NCBI GenBank assembly: GCA_030390025.1
Contig: CM059433.1
Location: forward strand, 9,550,001-9,614,000
Source: Squalus acanthias
Lineage: Eukaryota
Length of the DNA: 64,000 nucleotides
Direction of reading: 5' to 3'
Shown here: positions 27,723 to 39,871 of the stretch, piece after piece
Position numbering within the stretch: the first letter of the stretch is position 1
Layout: every line of letters starts with the position of its first letter
Made by a program: the position numbers and the translations under genes
Notes under the pieces: model-generated
The model's input: the letters and a program-made list of their open reading frames with translations, nothing else
What the model was told of the DNA's origin: nothing
Database searches by the model: none

Positions 27723-28249
27723 ATGAATGTCCGCTGCAGCCGAGAGGTGGCCCAGTCCCTCGGCTCGGCTCTGTATAAGGAATGGGCTCGAAGGATCTTT
27801 GCAATCGGGGGCAGCAATAACTCAGAGCCGCTTTATTTTGCCCTCAGCCCAACCTGCGAGGGAGCCCTGGGATGAGAATCCCCGTTTGCACCAACTCCTC
27901 GCCCGCGGTCAAACCTACTCGGTTTGCATCGCCTCTGAAAACAGGATTCAAGATGCAGAATCATACCGACATCTGCGAGACCATCTGACGAGGCTGCCCG
28001 AGAGATGCCAGGTTATGGAGCTGATGGCGTTTTTCCCCAAACAAGCAGGGATCTCTGATCAAGGGGTTTTTGGTCCAAGATGATCAAAATCAAAAGGGCA
28101 CAGAGCGTCTCTTGCAAGATCTGGTCCGTGAGAGTGGGCAGACAAGTCTCTGCAGCTACACCAGAGAGGATGGGGGCAGAATGTGGCAGAGACTGGGGCT
28201 GGTCACTGATGGGCAGGAATGAGAGATCTTAAGAAATTGTATGGGTTAA
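27723..28249 (+). pseudogene. CMPK2: CMPK2 exon 1 remnant, disrupted
   Basis: Three successive frames match the CMPK2 N-terminal domain: EWARRIFAIGG...PLYFAL (stop 27873-75); ENPRLHQLLARGQTYSVCI...RCQVMELMAFFP; GSLIKGFLVQD...TERLLQDL...GRMWQRL (TGA 28220-22). Lies head-to-head with RSAD2, as is typical in vertebrates. Confidence 0.85.
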
Positions 28250-28489
28250 AAACTGGACGGGCGGTGTCATGGCCCAACTATGTTAAACTGCATCGGGTCA
28301 AAATGGTCTCGGTAGCACGCAAAATTCGTGCTCACTCCTCATTAACATGATTATAGTGCTGATCTCAGTGCTAAAACCACAGCTCATTGGCTTACCGCTC
28401 AAAAGGTGGGCCAGTATTGAGTGCAGTGTTCCCAGTCATGTTTGGCACAGGCTTTATTCAGTACTTAAAGGGGAGGGGCATTGATGCAA

Positions 28490-29250
28490 CTTGGAAGAAG
28501 CACTGAGGGTAGCAAGAGCACAGAATGTACGGACTTCAATGTCCATCACCAAGAGTGGCTCGGGGTAACACCACTACTGACCAAGCTGGCCGAGTCCTGA
28601 AGGACATAGCTGCCAGACTGGGCCTGCGGCAGGTGCTGAGAGAACCGACACGAGGGAAAAACCTACTTGACCTCGCCCTCACCAATCTACCTGTCGCAGG
28701 TGCATCTGACCATGACAGCATTGGTAGCAGTGACCACCGCACAGTCCTTGTGGAGACGAAGCCTCGTCTTCACACAGAGGACACCCTCCATCGTGTTGTG
28801 TAGAAACATAGAAACATGGAAGATAGGAGCAGGAGTAGGCCATTCGGCCCCTCTAGCCTGCTCCGCCATTCAATGCGATCATGGCTGATCATCCAAATTC
28901 AGAACCCTGTCCCTGCTTTCTCCCCATATCCCTTGATCCCTTTAACCTTAAGAAATATATCCAACTCCTTCTTGAATATATTTAATAAATTGGCCTCTAC
29001 TGCCTTCTGTGGTAGAGAATTCCACAGGTTCACCACTCGCTGGGTGAAGAAATTCCTCCTCATTTCTGTCCTAAATGGCTTACTCCTTATCCTTAGACTG
29101 TGACCCCTGGTTCTGGACTCCCACCTGTAGCACTACCACCATGCTAAATTCTAATTCAGAACAGATCTAGCAGCTCAAAACTGGGCATCCATGAGGCGCT
29201 GTGGGCCATCAACAGCAGCAGAATTGTATTCCACCACAATCTATAACCTC
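28490..29250 (+). mobile_element. Non-LTR retrotransposon endonuclease fragment truncating the CMPK2 locus (probably related fragments at about 1280-1860, 17410-17666, 57350-57730, minus strand)
   Basis: LGLRQVLREPTRGKNLLDLALTNLP...SDHRTV APE motifs. Clade not determined. Confidence 0.7.
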
Positions 29251-30589
29251 ATGGTTCATGCCTTTATTTAGTACACTGTAACGGGGCACCAACTTCACAT
29301 GAAAATATTACTATCCCCTTTTTTTTGCTTTGGGTATGTAGTTGAGCCATGCGCTATTTTCATTGTGATGACATAATGCACAAACAATGAGGTGATCAAC
29401 TGATGTGATTTGCATCATCGAGCTGAGTATTTCTAAACTATTGAAAATAGCTATCGAAGAGAGGAGGTACAGGGCCCCAAATGTTTATTTTTTTCATCCC
29501 TTGCCCCCTGTGGCACAACTATAGAATACCACCTACCCGAGATCATGGGGTAATTTTCATCTTCTCCATCTGGGCATTAATCTGGCAGAATGGATCACCT
29601 TCCCTTGTAGATCCGGCCCTATTTCGTTCCATTGATTTTCAATCAGGTTCGACAACAGGCAAATTACCCACTTGACTCTTCTACCTTTCCAATCTAAATA
29701 AACGCACAGCGATGGGTCTGGTGTAATCAATGACCTGAACAACCGTAGTGGCACATCAGTCGGACACTTTGCTCCAATCAGTACTGTGAAAGGCAGGTGA
29801 TCCTGAGGAAATTCTACATACTCTAAATTGATTGGCGAGTTATTTTGAAGCCTAAGAAAGTAGCTGCTTGGCTCCACCCATGTTTAAACTGGCCAGCCTC
29901 AGAGTTATGCCGAGTTAGTTCTGGCACAGAAAGCTGCAAGCTTGCCCCGAATAAACTCTTGGTGCAGGTTAAAGTTCGCTCCATAGAAAAGTAATTTGAA
30001 GTTGAATCATGCAAAACACTGAAGTAAGTTTGTTACCCCAGAGTGCCTTGCAACTCCTTTCTGGTTATCGTGCCAGTGATGTCAGGGATGGGAATGGTCT
30101 ATTCAACTAATTTTAGAATTACTTTTTGATTAACATATTTCCCATTTTAGAAATTGCATCAAGTTTCATTCTAGTAAAAATTTGGACCCACACCTAATAG
30201 GTCTGCAGTGCCTTAACCTGCTCTGCAGTAAACAGTGTACATAACAAATACATTTTATCTCACTGTATTGAGTACTTCTGTTATGTGTAATCATCCTGTA
30301 GTCTGGTTATATTTTGTAATGAATAAACTTAAAATACATCCGTCCAACTATTATTTGTGCATCGATTTTATTGTATGGAAATCTCTGAAATTAAAAAAAG
30401 TGTTCAATCTACGTTGCACGAGGAAGTGATTTTTGTTGTTTTTGGGAAAGGCAGTACTTATTGCCCACCCAATGTTTCCCGGAGGGCGTTAGGAGTTAAC
30501 CACATAATGTGAGACTGGAGTGACATGTAGATCAGACCAGGTAGACACGTGGCATGTCCCTTCCCTGAAAGGCAACTTCAATGGAAAGG

Positions 30590-33560
30590 AAAATTGGGCT
30601 GGGCGGATAACGGGCGGGAGGTTTGCAGGTGGAGGCAGAGAAAGGAGTTCATCACTCATCTTCAGATGAGGAGAACATAGCGGAGGAGGAGTAGGAGGAT
30701 GAAGATGAGGCACCCATCGCCAGACCAGCCGCTTACATTGCTGCCCAGGTTGCCCTAATATCGCAAAGGTTCGCCCTAGTGTGAAACATAACAAATTAAA
30801 TCCCGCAGTCCGCTTCCACCACCAGCACCAAACACCACCCCCGCCACCCCCTTTGCAGTAAACAGTCCTTCAACCACTCATCCGCCCATTGCACATCCAC
30901 CCAATGGGACACAGCATATATTGACATTCATCATGTAACAAGTGAAAGGGCGAGTGGGCCCTCGGGATGAAAATAACGGGCAAGATGTGGTGCAAATCAT
31001 TAAATTTTATGTGGCATTAAAGGAAACTTAACAATATAACATTTTGTCAAACATCCATGTGCATACCCTTGGTGAATTACAATTTCTTCAACTTACGCTC
31101 CCTACTGTGCATCTACGTGGTGCATCCCGTGTGTCTTCAGCAGAGGTAGAGGCAGGCTGCTCAGATCCCTGCCCTGACTGCTGAGATGTTTTTACCCTAC
31201 GCTCTCTGGGTTTTGGAGCCCCTGAGGGCCCTGCCAAAGACGACAGCTCCTGCATCTGTGCAGGGGCAGACTTGGCCATCAGGAGAGGAGGCGGCATGTC
31301 AGGTAATGGCTGGGGAGCGGGAGGCCAAGTGGTGAGACGTGGGAGGGTTTTGAGTGGAGCTCCCATTTCCATGTCCCCTTTCGCCATCAATCCCTCTCCT
31401 GGCCCAGCGCCACATCACTCCTACCACACTGCTGCAGACCAGATTGGTGAAGATCAGTGACGTGCTATGAGGCCACGGATAACGTATCTGTCATCCTGTT
31501 TAAGGTGGCATACAAGTTGGCATCCAAAGTCTGCACGGCCGTGGTCATGGCCTGCATGGCTTCATTTGAGAGCAGTGCTTGAAACTCCATGAAGGCAGAC
31601 ACTCCATGGTAGACATTCTCACAATTCCCTGTGTCACCAATCCACTAGCGATCGAGTTGGACTCCTCCATCCTCTCCGCTTTAATGGAGTGTGCATGGCA
31701 CGTCTATCAGTACCTAGCGAAGTTGCTGATGGATCTCTAGCATTCTCCTTCGCAATGATAGTCCCCAGGGTTCAGCATCGGTGTCCAGCTGAGTAGAGCT
31801 TGGAGGGGATTGCGCCCCCCTCCCCTCCCCACCCCGACGCAGACTCGCCACAGCTGTCCCTGCCACCAGTGTCTGCTCGTGCTCACTTGTGAGGTGTGAA
31901 TCGCCAGCTGAAATCCCAACTAACTCTCTAAGTGAACCCACCGAAGTGCGAGTATCTGCGCTGGTGCACGGCTGTAGGTCCTGTGATGATACACCCTCAG
32001 GGGGAATGAAATCCTCTGAGGAATCATCCTCCTGGATGTCCTGCGACACTCGCTGTAGGTGTGAAGGCCCTGGAAGACAAAAGAAAAGGAATATGATTTA
32101 GTTGTGGCAAAGTCACAATCTTGACATTCACCATACTCAGTCTTCTCATAGTTCAGTCACTGATGAAAAAAAGTCAGCATATGTGTGTCAGAGATATTCC
32201 ATCACCAGCTAGCTGCGAGGTCCCTGTCTCTCCATCTCCGACTGAGAGGGATGCAGATGTGCCACTTATCTCCATGGCACCTCCTCTGTATCTGTGAGCT
32301 GTACTGTTTGTGGCGGCCCACCTCCAGTCCTGTCCCTCTCCCTTGAGTTTTGAGCACTCTGAGCTGTGGCTCAGTTGGTAGCACACTCGCCTCTGAGTCA
32401 GAAGGTTGTGGGTTCACAGTCCCCACTCCAGGAACTTGAGCACATAAATCTAGGCTGACACTCCAGTGCAGTGCTGAGGGAGTGCTGCACTGTCAGAGAT
32501 GCCGTCTTTCGGATGAGATATTAAACCGAGGCCCCGTCTGCTCTCTCAGGTGGACGTAAAAGATCCCCATAGGCACTATTTCGAAGAAGAGCAGGGGAGT
32601 TCTGCCCGGTGTCCTGGCCAATATTTATCCCTCAACCAACATAACAAAAACAGATTATCTGGTCATTATCACATTGCTGTTTGTGGGAGCTTGCTGTGCA
32701 CAAATTGGCTGCCGCATTTCCCACATTACAACAGTGACTACACTCCAAAAAGTACTTCATTGGCTGTAAAGCACTTTGAGACGTCCGGTGGTCATGAAAG
32801 GCGCTATATAAATGCAAGTCTTTTCTTTTTCTTCTACAAGGAGCGAAAAAACAGACCTGTGAGTGAGTGAAGATGAGGTATTCACCCGATGGATGGATCA
32901 CATTGCATAAGGATTGGGGTGAGTGTCAACGGTGGATGGATAAATGGCAAGGTAATGAAGTGCATAGAAAGTGAAGGCTGGCTGCTGCTGAAAGTTGAGT
33001 GGGTGTGAGGAGTGATGTGATGAGTGAAAGGAGGGCGGGCTTAAAGCACAGGATGTAGTTGAATCAGCAAATGTACTTACTTTTCCTGACCTGGTTAGGT
33101 CATTAAATACTTTCTACACTGCATCCAGGACCTGGGCACAACGCTCATCTCCTCAGCTACCTCCAACCACGCCTTCTGGGTGAGATCAGCAGGTTTCTTC
33201 CATTGCTGGGGAGAAGTATATCCTCCTACTCCTCCTGACTGCACCCAGCAGTAATTCCAGCGATGCAGCATTGAATCTGGGTGCTGCCCTTGCTCTATGT
33301 CCACCATTCATCTTGAACACCTCCAATTTCCATTTGTGGACCATCCCATTATAAACACAGCTGAGATCGCGTCAGGCGGGCTGTGCATCACGCCCACTGC
33401 GCAGCTTGGCGACGTGGAACTGGGAAGTCAAAATTAATTGGTTCAGTTGAGTTGAGATCGTAGATTCTGACCCGCTCAGTTGACTTCCGGGTTTCCCCCA
33501 GGCGATTCCACAACCCCCCAGCCCCGCACGGAAGCCGCCTTCAGATTACTATTGGGGTCA
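30590..33560. mobile_element. Degenerate PIF/Harbinger transposon (Myb/SANT protein on minus strand, transposase tail on plus strand)
   Basis: 33095-33307 gives KAWLEVAEE...RSWMQCRK, a Myb-like motif. An acidic transposase-like C-terminus lies at about 30660-30780. Ends are approximate. Confidence 0.6.
32361..32830 (+). mobile_element. tRNA-derived DeuSINE-like element (copies: 62077-62490, 15980-16278, 208-400 plus 897-985, 37885-38070, 63870-63978)
   Basis: tRNA-like head tggctcagttggtagcac...gggttc, Deu-like core cactatttcgaagaagagcaggggagtt and L2-like tail gcgctatataaatgcaagt. Confidence 0.8.
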
Positions 33561-34789
33561 GTGAATGTGGGATATGCAAGTCTTTCTTTTTATATGTCAA
33601 ATGACTTTTATGGTCTTAGTTTGACTTGTAATGTTGCCAAAACTAGACTTTTTTGATCAGCTTTTTCCCCAATAAAACTCTGGCCAGTGCTGGTGACTAA
33701 ACAAATCAAACAGTGAGTTAATCTTCGACTAGGATGAAGCAGCAGCACAGGCACGATGGGCTGAATGGCCTCCTTCTGTGCTGTATCATGCTATGCTATG
33801 CTATAGATGGTTCAATCAGGGTATCCACTATTCAGTACATAATTACATGTAGGATAATGATACTGAGAAAATCAGTAATTGTGGGGGGGAGGGGGGTGAA
33901 GGCGAGAGAGTGGATTTAAGATTATGCCAAACTACAAAAGTAAAACGAGAGAGATTTAAACGCCAAAATTTCATATCAGCAAATACTTCTAGGTCAGGTC
34001 TACTCACGTGCAAAAAAAAATCTCCATCTACTCTATCCCATTGGCCTGAACCTCAGGAAACCACCTGCGACTGCACCAGTGTAAATGTTGCACTCCCCAC
34101 AGCAGCTATCCTTGGCCTTTAAGCGACATTGCCAATTTAACGGCTGTTTTATACCAAATTGCTGGAAGTCCACCAAAAACTGAGTTGCAACCAAGTTTAT
34201 TTCAGACATGATTTCTACAGTGAGCAGAGACAGAAGACTTTTAGACGGATAAAATCTAAAATGTTGACTGTAATGATGCACCAAATCACTTCAATATCAG
34301 GCATGTCCTGTTCCTATCTAGGAGCCACCTGATAAAGTCGAAACTTGTTTTGTTCACCATTTAAATTCACTTATATGTCTGTAACATAAAAAGATGCTAG
34401 TTAAGCACATTTAACGGGACACATTTCATTTCATTTATTGACAATTTTACATAATTCTGGGAGTTTTGTGTATGGATCTAATTTGCAACTGAACACATAA
34501 AGCATTGACTGGCTACTTGTTTTAAGTTTTGCTCTAAAGTAGGTATAAAAAGCCCAACTTAAAAAGCCCAAGTATCGCTCTGTAAAGCTGCTATTAGCTA
34601 GTTCTTCTATGGTGTTTCTCAAGATTCCTCTTCAATCCCATTTGATCAAACTGCATACTTACTGTGTGTTAACAGAGGTGCTATTAGGGTCTAGCCCTCA
34701 ATTGCTTTCTCTGTAAAACAACGGTTAAAATGTAGAAAGTACCTCAATGTAGAATACATCATTGGTATAAATTTATGGGCAAATCAGGA

Positions 34790-36082
34790 AATTCAGAAAG
34801 TGCCACCTTCCAATATGCTGTCCTTTTTCCTCAACCAAGGATTCCCCTCCACTATGGTTGGCAGGGCCCTCGACCGTGTCCCTCCCATTTCCCGCATTTC
34901 TGCTCTCACTCCTTCCCCTCCCTCCCAGAACCACGATAGGGTTCCCCTTGTTCTCACCTTCCACCCCACCAACCTCCACATTCAACGGATCATACTCCAC
35001 CATGTCCGCAACCTCCAGTGTGATGCCACCACCAAACACATCTTCCCCTCCCCTCCCCTTTCAGCATTCCGAAGGGACCGCTCCCTCCGCAACACCCTAG
35101 TACACTCCTCAATCACACACAACACCCCCTCCCCTTCCCCTGGCACCTTCACGTGCAAGCGCAGGAGATGCAACAACTGCCCTTTTATCTCCTCCCTTCC
35201 CACTGTCCAGGGCCCCAAACACTCCTTCCAGGTGAAACAGCGATTTACTTGTACTTCCTTCAATTTAGTATACTGTATTCGCTGCTCACGATGCGGTCTC
35301 CTCTACATGGGGGAGACCAAATGCAGATTGGGTGACCGCTTTGCGGAACACCTCCATTCAGTCTGCAAGCCTGACTCTGAGCTTCAGGTTGCCTGTTATT
35401 TTAATTCTCCGCCTCACTCCCACTCTGACCTCTCTGTCCTTGGCCTCCTGCACTGTTCTAATGATGCCCAACGGAAGCTCGAGGAACAGCACCTCATCTT
35501 TTGATTAGGCACTTTGCAGCCTTCCGGATTCAACACTGAGTGCAACAATTTCAGATCATAACCACTGCCCCCATTTTTTCGGATGGCAGCTGTTGGTAAT
35601 GATTCTGCCATTCCCATTTACACCTCCTCTAGACCCAGCTTTTGTTTCTCTACTTGTCCCATTACCATCGAGGGATATGGGGATAGTTTAGGAAAGTGGA
35701 GATGAGGTAGAAGATCAGCCATGATCTTATTGAATGGCGGAGCAGGCTCGAAGGGCAAAATGGCCTACTCCTGCTCCTATTTCTTATGGTCTTATGTTCT
35801 TTTGCCTTGCACAATCATCCCTTTTGTCACTTAATCTCTCCTGCCTTCTCCCCTATCACAGGCCTTCCCTTTTGTTTTTTCCTCCCCTCCCCACTTTCCT
35901 CGCCTCTGTACTTGCTTAAAACCTGTTACATCTTTAACTTTTTCCAGTTCTGACGAAAGGTCATCGGCCTGAAACGTTAACTCTGTTTCTCTCTCCACGG
36001 ATGCTGCCCGACCTGCTGAGTGTTTCCAGCATTTTCTGTTTTTGTTTCAAATTTTCAGCATCCGCAGTATTTTGCTTTTGTA
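34790..36082 (+). mobile_element. Penelope-like element, 3' part with GIY-YIG endonuclease
   Basis: ORF 34800-35504 contains NLVYCIRCSRCGLLYMGETKCRLGDRFAEHL. The pseudo-LTR end carries a hammerhead motif. A CR1 tail is nested at about 35670-35800. Confidence 0.9.
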
Positions 36083-36539
36083 TTTATGCAAGGTGATTAG
36101 TTTGTACAAATTGCCACAATTTCCACATCACAAACTTTGTTACACTATAAACAGTAAATAACATCCCCCAAGCCCAGAGTGGTGACAAATAGTTTGCATT
36201 GATAAAATATCCATATTTTGCATTAAATGTTATTCGTGCCCTATTTTTAAAAATACACATAACTTGTTAATATTACAATAAATTTTGGCAGCAAGCATTT
36301 GTAAAATGGATTAATTTCGCCCTGGGTATTGCAGAGTTCAGTTGCTCAATCAGCTCCCTATAATCTTCCACCGCATGAAACTTATCTGAAACACCAGGAA
36401 GAAGCAAGAAATAAAAAAAAGAGGGTGCCCTTTTTGTTTATATTGATACAGCAGCAAGCTAAATGAATGGAAACAGTACAAGACAGTGTGCAAGGCATGT
36501 AAAGACGAGACACTAGCGAGGTTAGTTGCACTGGTAGTT

Positions 36540-36621
36540 TCACCTTAGTTTGCGTATAGCAGTTTTTATCTTTCGATGGGAGAAGCCATTGGGTTGACCT
36601 GAGTTCAGCAGTCTTGGTGTC
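36540..36621 (-). CDS. NUP153-like gene, last coding exon
   Basis: Strong acceptor ttttcctcttgtaacag|G (phase 2). TPRLLNSGQPNGFSHRKIKTAIRKLR* matches the NUP153 C-terminus RKIKTAVRRRK. Confidence 0.85.
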
Positions 36622-37547
36622 CTGTTACAAGAGGAAAAATGGAGAACATCCATTTCAGCATTTTGGTTCTCAGTGCTCTCTTTCAAGTTACACATAGAAA
36701 GATTATTTGCTTTCTTCCATATTTTGTTTCTTATATAGATGGTGGTTAGGTGCTAAAGTTTCATCAACTCCTGAAATATGCCAGAGTCTCTGCCTCAGCT
36801 TCTTTGCAATAGAGACGATAAGGAATTTACTGAAATATTTAATTTGACCATTGCTGACATTAAGGAAATTAGCATTTGAAAAATACATACCACAAATACA
36901 AAGCTAATGAAGGGATGTCCGGACCACCTGTAATTATTGTTCTAAAGAAGAACCTCTGATAAGGACTGCCCCGGATTGCCATTATCTGACATGGATTGAA
37001 GACCTGTGCTGACGACAGCTTCAGGTTTGTATTAACATCACTCCTCATTTCAGATCAGATAAACAGGAGTGAGTGGCGATTATCACTGCCTCGCTCCTAA
37101 TTTACGTCGAAATCATTGCTGATAGAGTGTGGTAACCTGCAAACCTTCTCCCACACGCTAATTGCTGACCAGTGTTAGACACAGGATTCTGAAACTAGTC
37201 CGTTTACATTTCCAATCTAAGTTCTCAAATACCATAGTAATCAGAGTGGAGAAAAGTTCTGGCAGTGATGTGTTAGCCGCAGGTGTGTCGAATGCTTTGC
37301 ACAGATCATACAGTATTTACTGAACGTATTAGTGACACCTAGTAGTAGAACATTAATAACTACATGAACTTTTACCAAATTTGGAGACCTTTGATTCTTT
37401 CTGTGTGTCCAATGTCAACTGGGCAATTGAACATTTGTCATGTGGCTAGACAAAACTCTTCCGAAACGTCAATGCAGCAGAGATGTGTGTCGGTAGTGTT
37501 GAAAATGGGACAAACAGCAAAGTGAAGCATCAACTGACTGAACTTAC

Positions 37548-37695
37548 CCAGTGGTGAAGGCAGGTGGGATATTGAACGGCCCATGGGAAACTAACTGATT
37601 GTTGTTATTTGCTCCAAATCGAAAGACGGTGTTATTGGCTGAACAACCAAAATTAAAATTTGGAACCAAATTACCAGAAAATGGAAAACCAGGCC
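37548..37695 (-). CDS. NUP153-like gene, penultimate coding exon (FG-like)
   Basis: cag|GG...GG|gtaagt, 148 nt, phase 1-2. GPGFPFSGNLVPNFNFGCSANNTVFRFGANNNNQLVSHGPFNIPPAFTTG resembles NUP153 ...NFNF...VFTFGAN...AFTVG. Confidence 0.85.
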
Positions 37696-38133
37696 CTGCA
37701 ATGAGATTAAGAACAAATGTTGCCTCATTTCAAGCTTTATTCCAGAAAATGTCATTATGCAAAACACTCCTATTAGGCTATTTGATAATCAAATTCATTT
37801 TCAACACAAACTGATTAGACATCATATTTGAGCACATAATAAACATAACATTTATATGTGTCTATGGTTACTGATGCTCCATAATGAAAGAAAGAACTTG
37901 CATTTATATAGCACCTTTCATGACCTCAGGATGTGCCAAAGTGCTTTACAGCCAATGAAGTACTTTTGAAGTGTAGTCACAGTTGTAATGTAGGAAACAC
38001 GGCAGCCAATTTGTGCACAGCACGATCCCACAAACAGCAATGTGATAATGACCAGATAATCTGTTTTATGTGTTGGTAACCATGCATATCCTTCTCTGGT
38101 GAACTGTGTTAAATTTACACTTGCAATTTACAT

Positions 38134-38884
38134 TGGCCCATAAATTCCGTTCCCTACGGGTGTGTACGCGCTGTGTACTCACCCGTAGGGCCAACGGAAG
38201 TGCCGGTTTCACGCATGCACTGCGCATGCGCTGGAAACCGGAACTTCCGTTCTCTGAAGAAAGGAGTTCGCAGGTCAAACGCCTGCGCCGGATAGGCAGC
38301 GCGTACGCCTGGAACTTCGTTTTTTTTTCGCAGTTGATGCAGTCCGGGTAAGTCGGTAGCAACTGTGACTGCAAGGCCTGCTTTTAACAAGCTAAGAGGT
38401 GAAGAAAGTAAAAGAAATTTTTTTTTTCCACTTATTTATCATTTTAAAATACTTTAAAGAAAGGTAAGTTTATTTTTAGCCCTGTTAAAAACTTTAATTA
38501 TTTTTTTCAAAAATTTAAATTTTTGTTTAAAATAGTTAATTTATGTAATTTATAGTCATTTTAAAAATTTGATGTTTTAAAAAAAAATTATTTGAAGTTT
38601 TACTTATGTTTTGAGGGTGATCTCCATTCATAGATTTGACAGGTCTTCCTGTCAAATCTATGAATGGAGATTCCCTGCTCCGATTGGCTCCCCATGGCCC
38701 ACGTGATCCCAGGACGCTGCGAACTAGCTGCGCCCCTGGGATACGCGTGCCCTGCACACCGGCAGTTTGAGGAGGCACAGCAACGGAATTCTGCGCCTCC
38801 CGGGAGCCCTCCAGTCCAGGCACAGATTTTTCAGGATCGCAGCCCTCCGCCCGCGGGAGGGCTGCGAACGGAATTTCTGGGCCA
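38134..38884. mobile_element. MITE family C
   Basis: TIR TGGCCCA(T/G)AAATTCCGTTC with an AT-rich core. A related partial copy lies at about 410-890. Confidence 0.7.
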
Positions 38885-39871
38885 ATATAAATGAAAAGCT
38901 GGAATTACCTACAAGGTATAGACAACCAATACCTCATGAGATTCTGTGTATTTGTATTCTAACACTGGTATTGTGATGTCCCTAAAATAGGCATTGTATT
39001 GTAACCACCATTGCCTGATGGAATCTACTTGTGTTTATTACTATAGATTTTTTTGCCTTCTTCATCCAATAAAGATATTATATGTTTAATTTACCTTCAG
39101 TACCCTTTAATTGAAAAAAACAAATAGCTTTTTGTGATTGTATAAGCAGTGTCTCATGCATCCTGGTTAGCAAGGCTAGTTCTTTAAAATCCAGATGGAA
39201 GTAAAATCATACTTTAAAGGGAACACTTTCAGCCTGGAGGTAGCTTTTTACCAAGAGTAACACATCCAGTGACTTCTGTATACTTAACGTTTCTTTTTGT
39301 TACAAAGAAGACATTTTCTAAAGTGCATCATAAAGTGAACACTACTATTAAAGGGGAAGAGTCTAGCGGAGTACTTTTACACAAAGTGCAGCCTCTCAGC
39401 TCAGTACTACAGAGATATATAGAAACGAGATATATTACACTTTGTATAATACTGTATTTACTGCCACTGAAAGCCCTACCTTTCTGTAGTAATACTAGAA
39501 AGAAAAAACACTGCTGTCGAGATGCAGCTACTTACACAGCTGGCAGAGAGCTTCCATCCATCAGGTGGCCTTGGACTGGTTCCCAGAATAGTCCCAAATG
39601 TCAGGACCCATTCAAGTGATGGAGTTGTTCCGAGACACACATGACCCCTTCCCAGTTAACACCACAATAGGTGGCAGAGAAGGAATGGAGACCCTGCTCC
39701 TTCACGTCGACCTCAGCTGCCAGTACCTTGTAATGGCTCCCCCGACAATCAGAAGTGGGGCACCTGAGTACACAGGCTTGCAGGGAACATAAAAACTGAC
39801 TGTAAGAGCTTTTATAGATATGTGAAGAGAAAAAGATTAGTGAAATCAAGTGTAGGTCCCTTGCAGTCATC

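Noticed and set aside
29330..29475. Possible continuation of CMPK2 (IAIEE..., NSYRREE|gt)
   Set aside because: The similarity is too short to distinguish from chance.
29557..30014. 106-aa and 63-aa minus-strand ORFs
   Set aside because: No recognisable domain or splice context.
32361..32430. tRNA gene
   Set aside because: It is the tRNA-derived head of a multi-copy SINE.
36703..36888. Alternative last exon (KFLIVSIAKK...EESK) or a CMPK2 exon-like peptide
   Set aside because: 36540-36621 has a stronger acceptor and the NUP153 motif. The strand is wrong for CMPK2.
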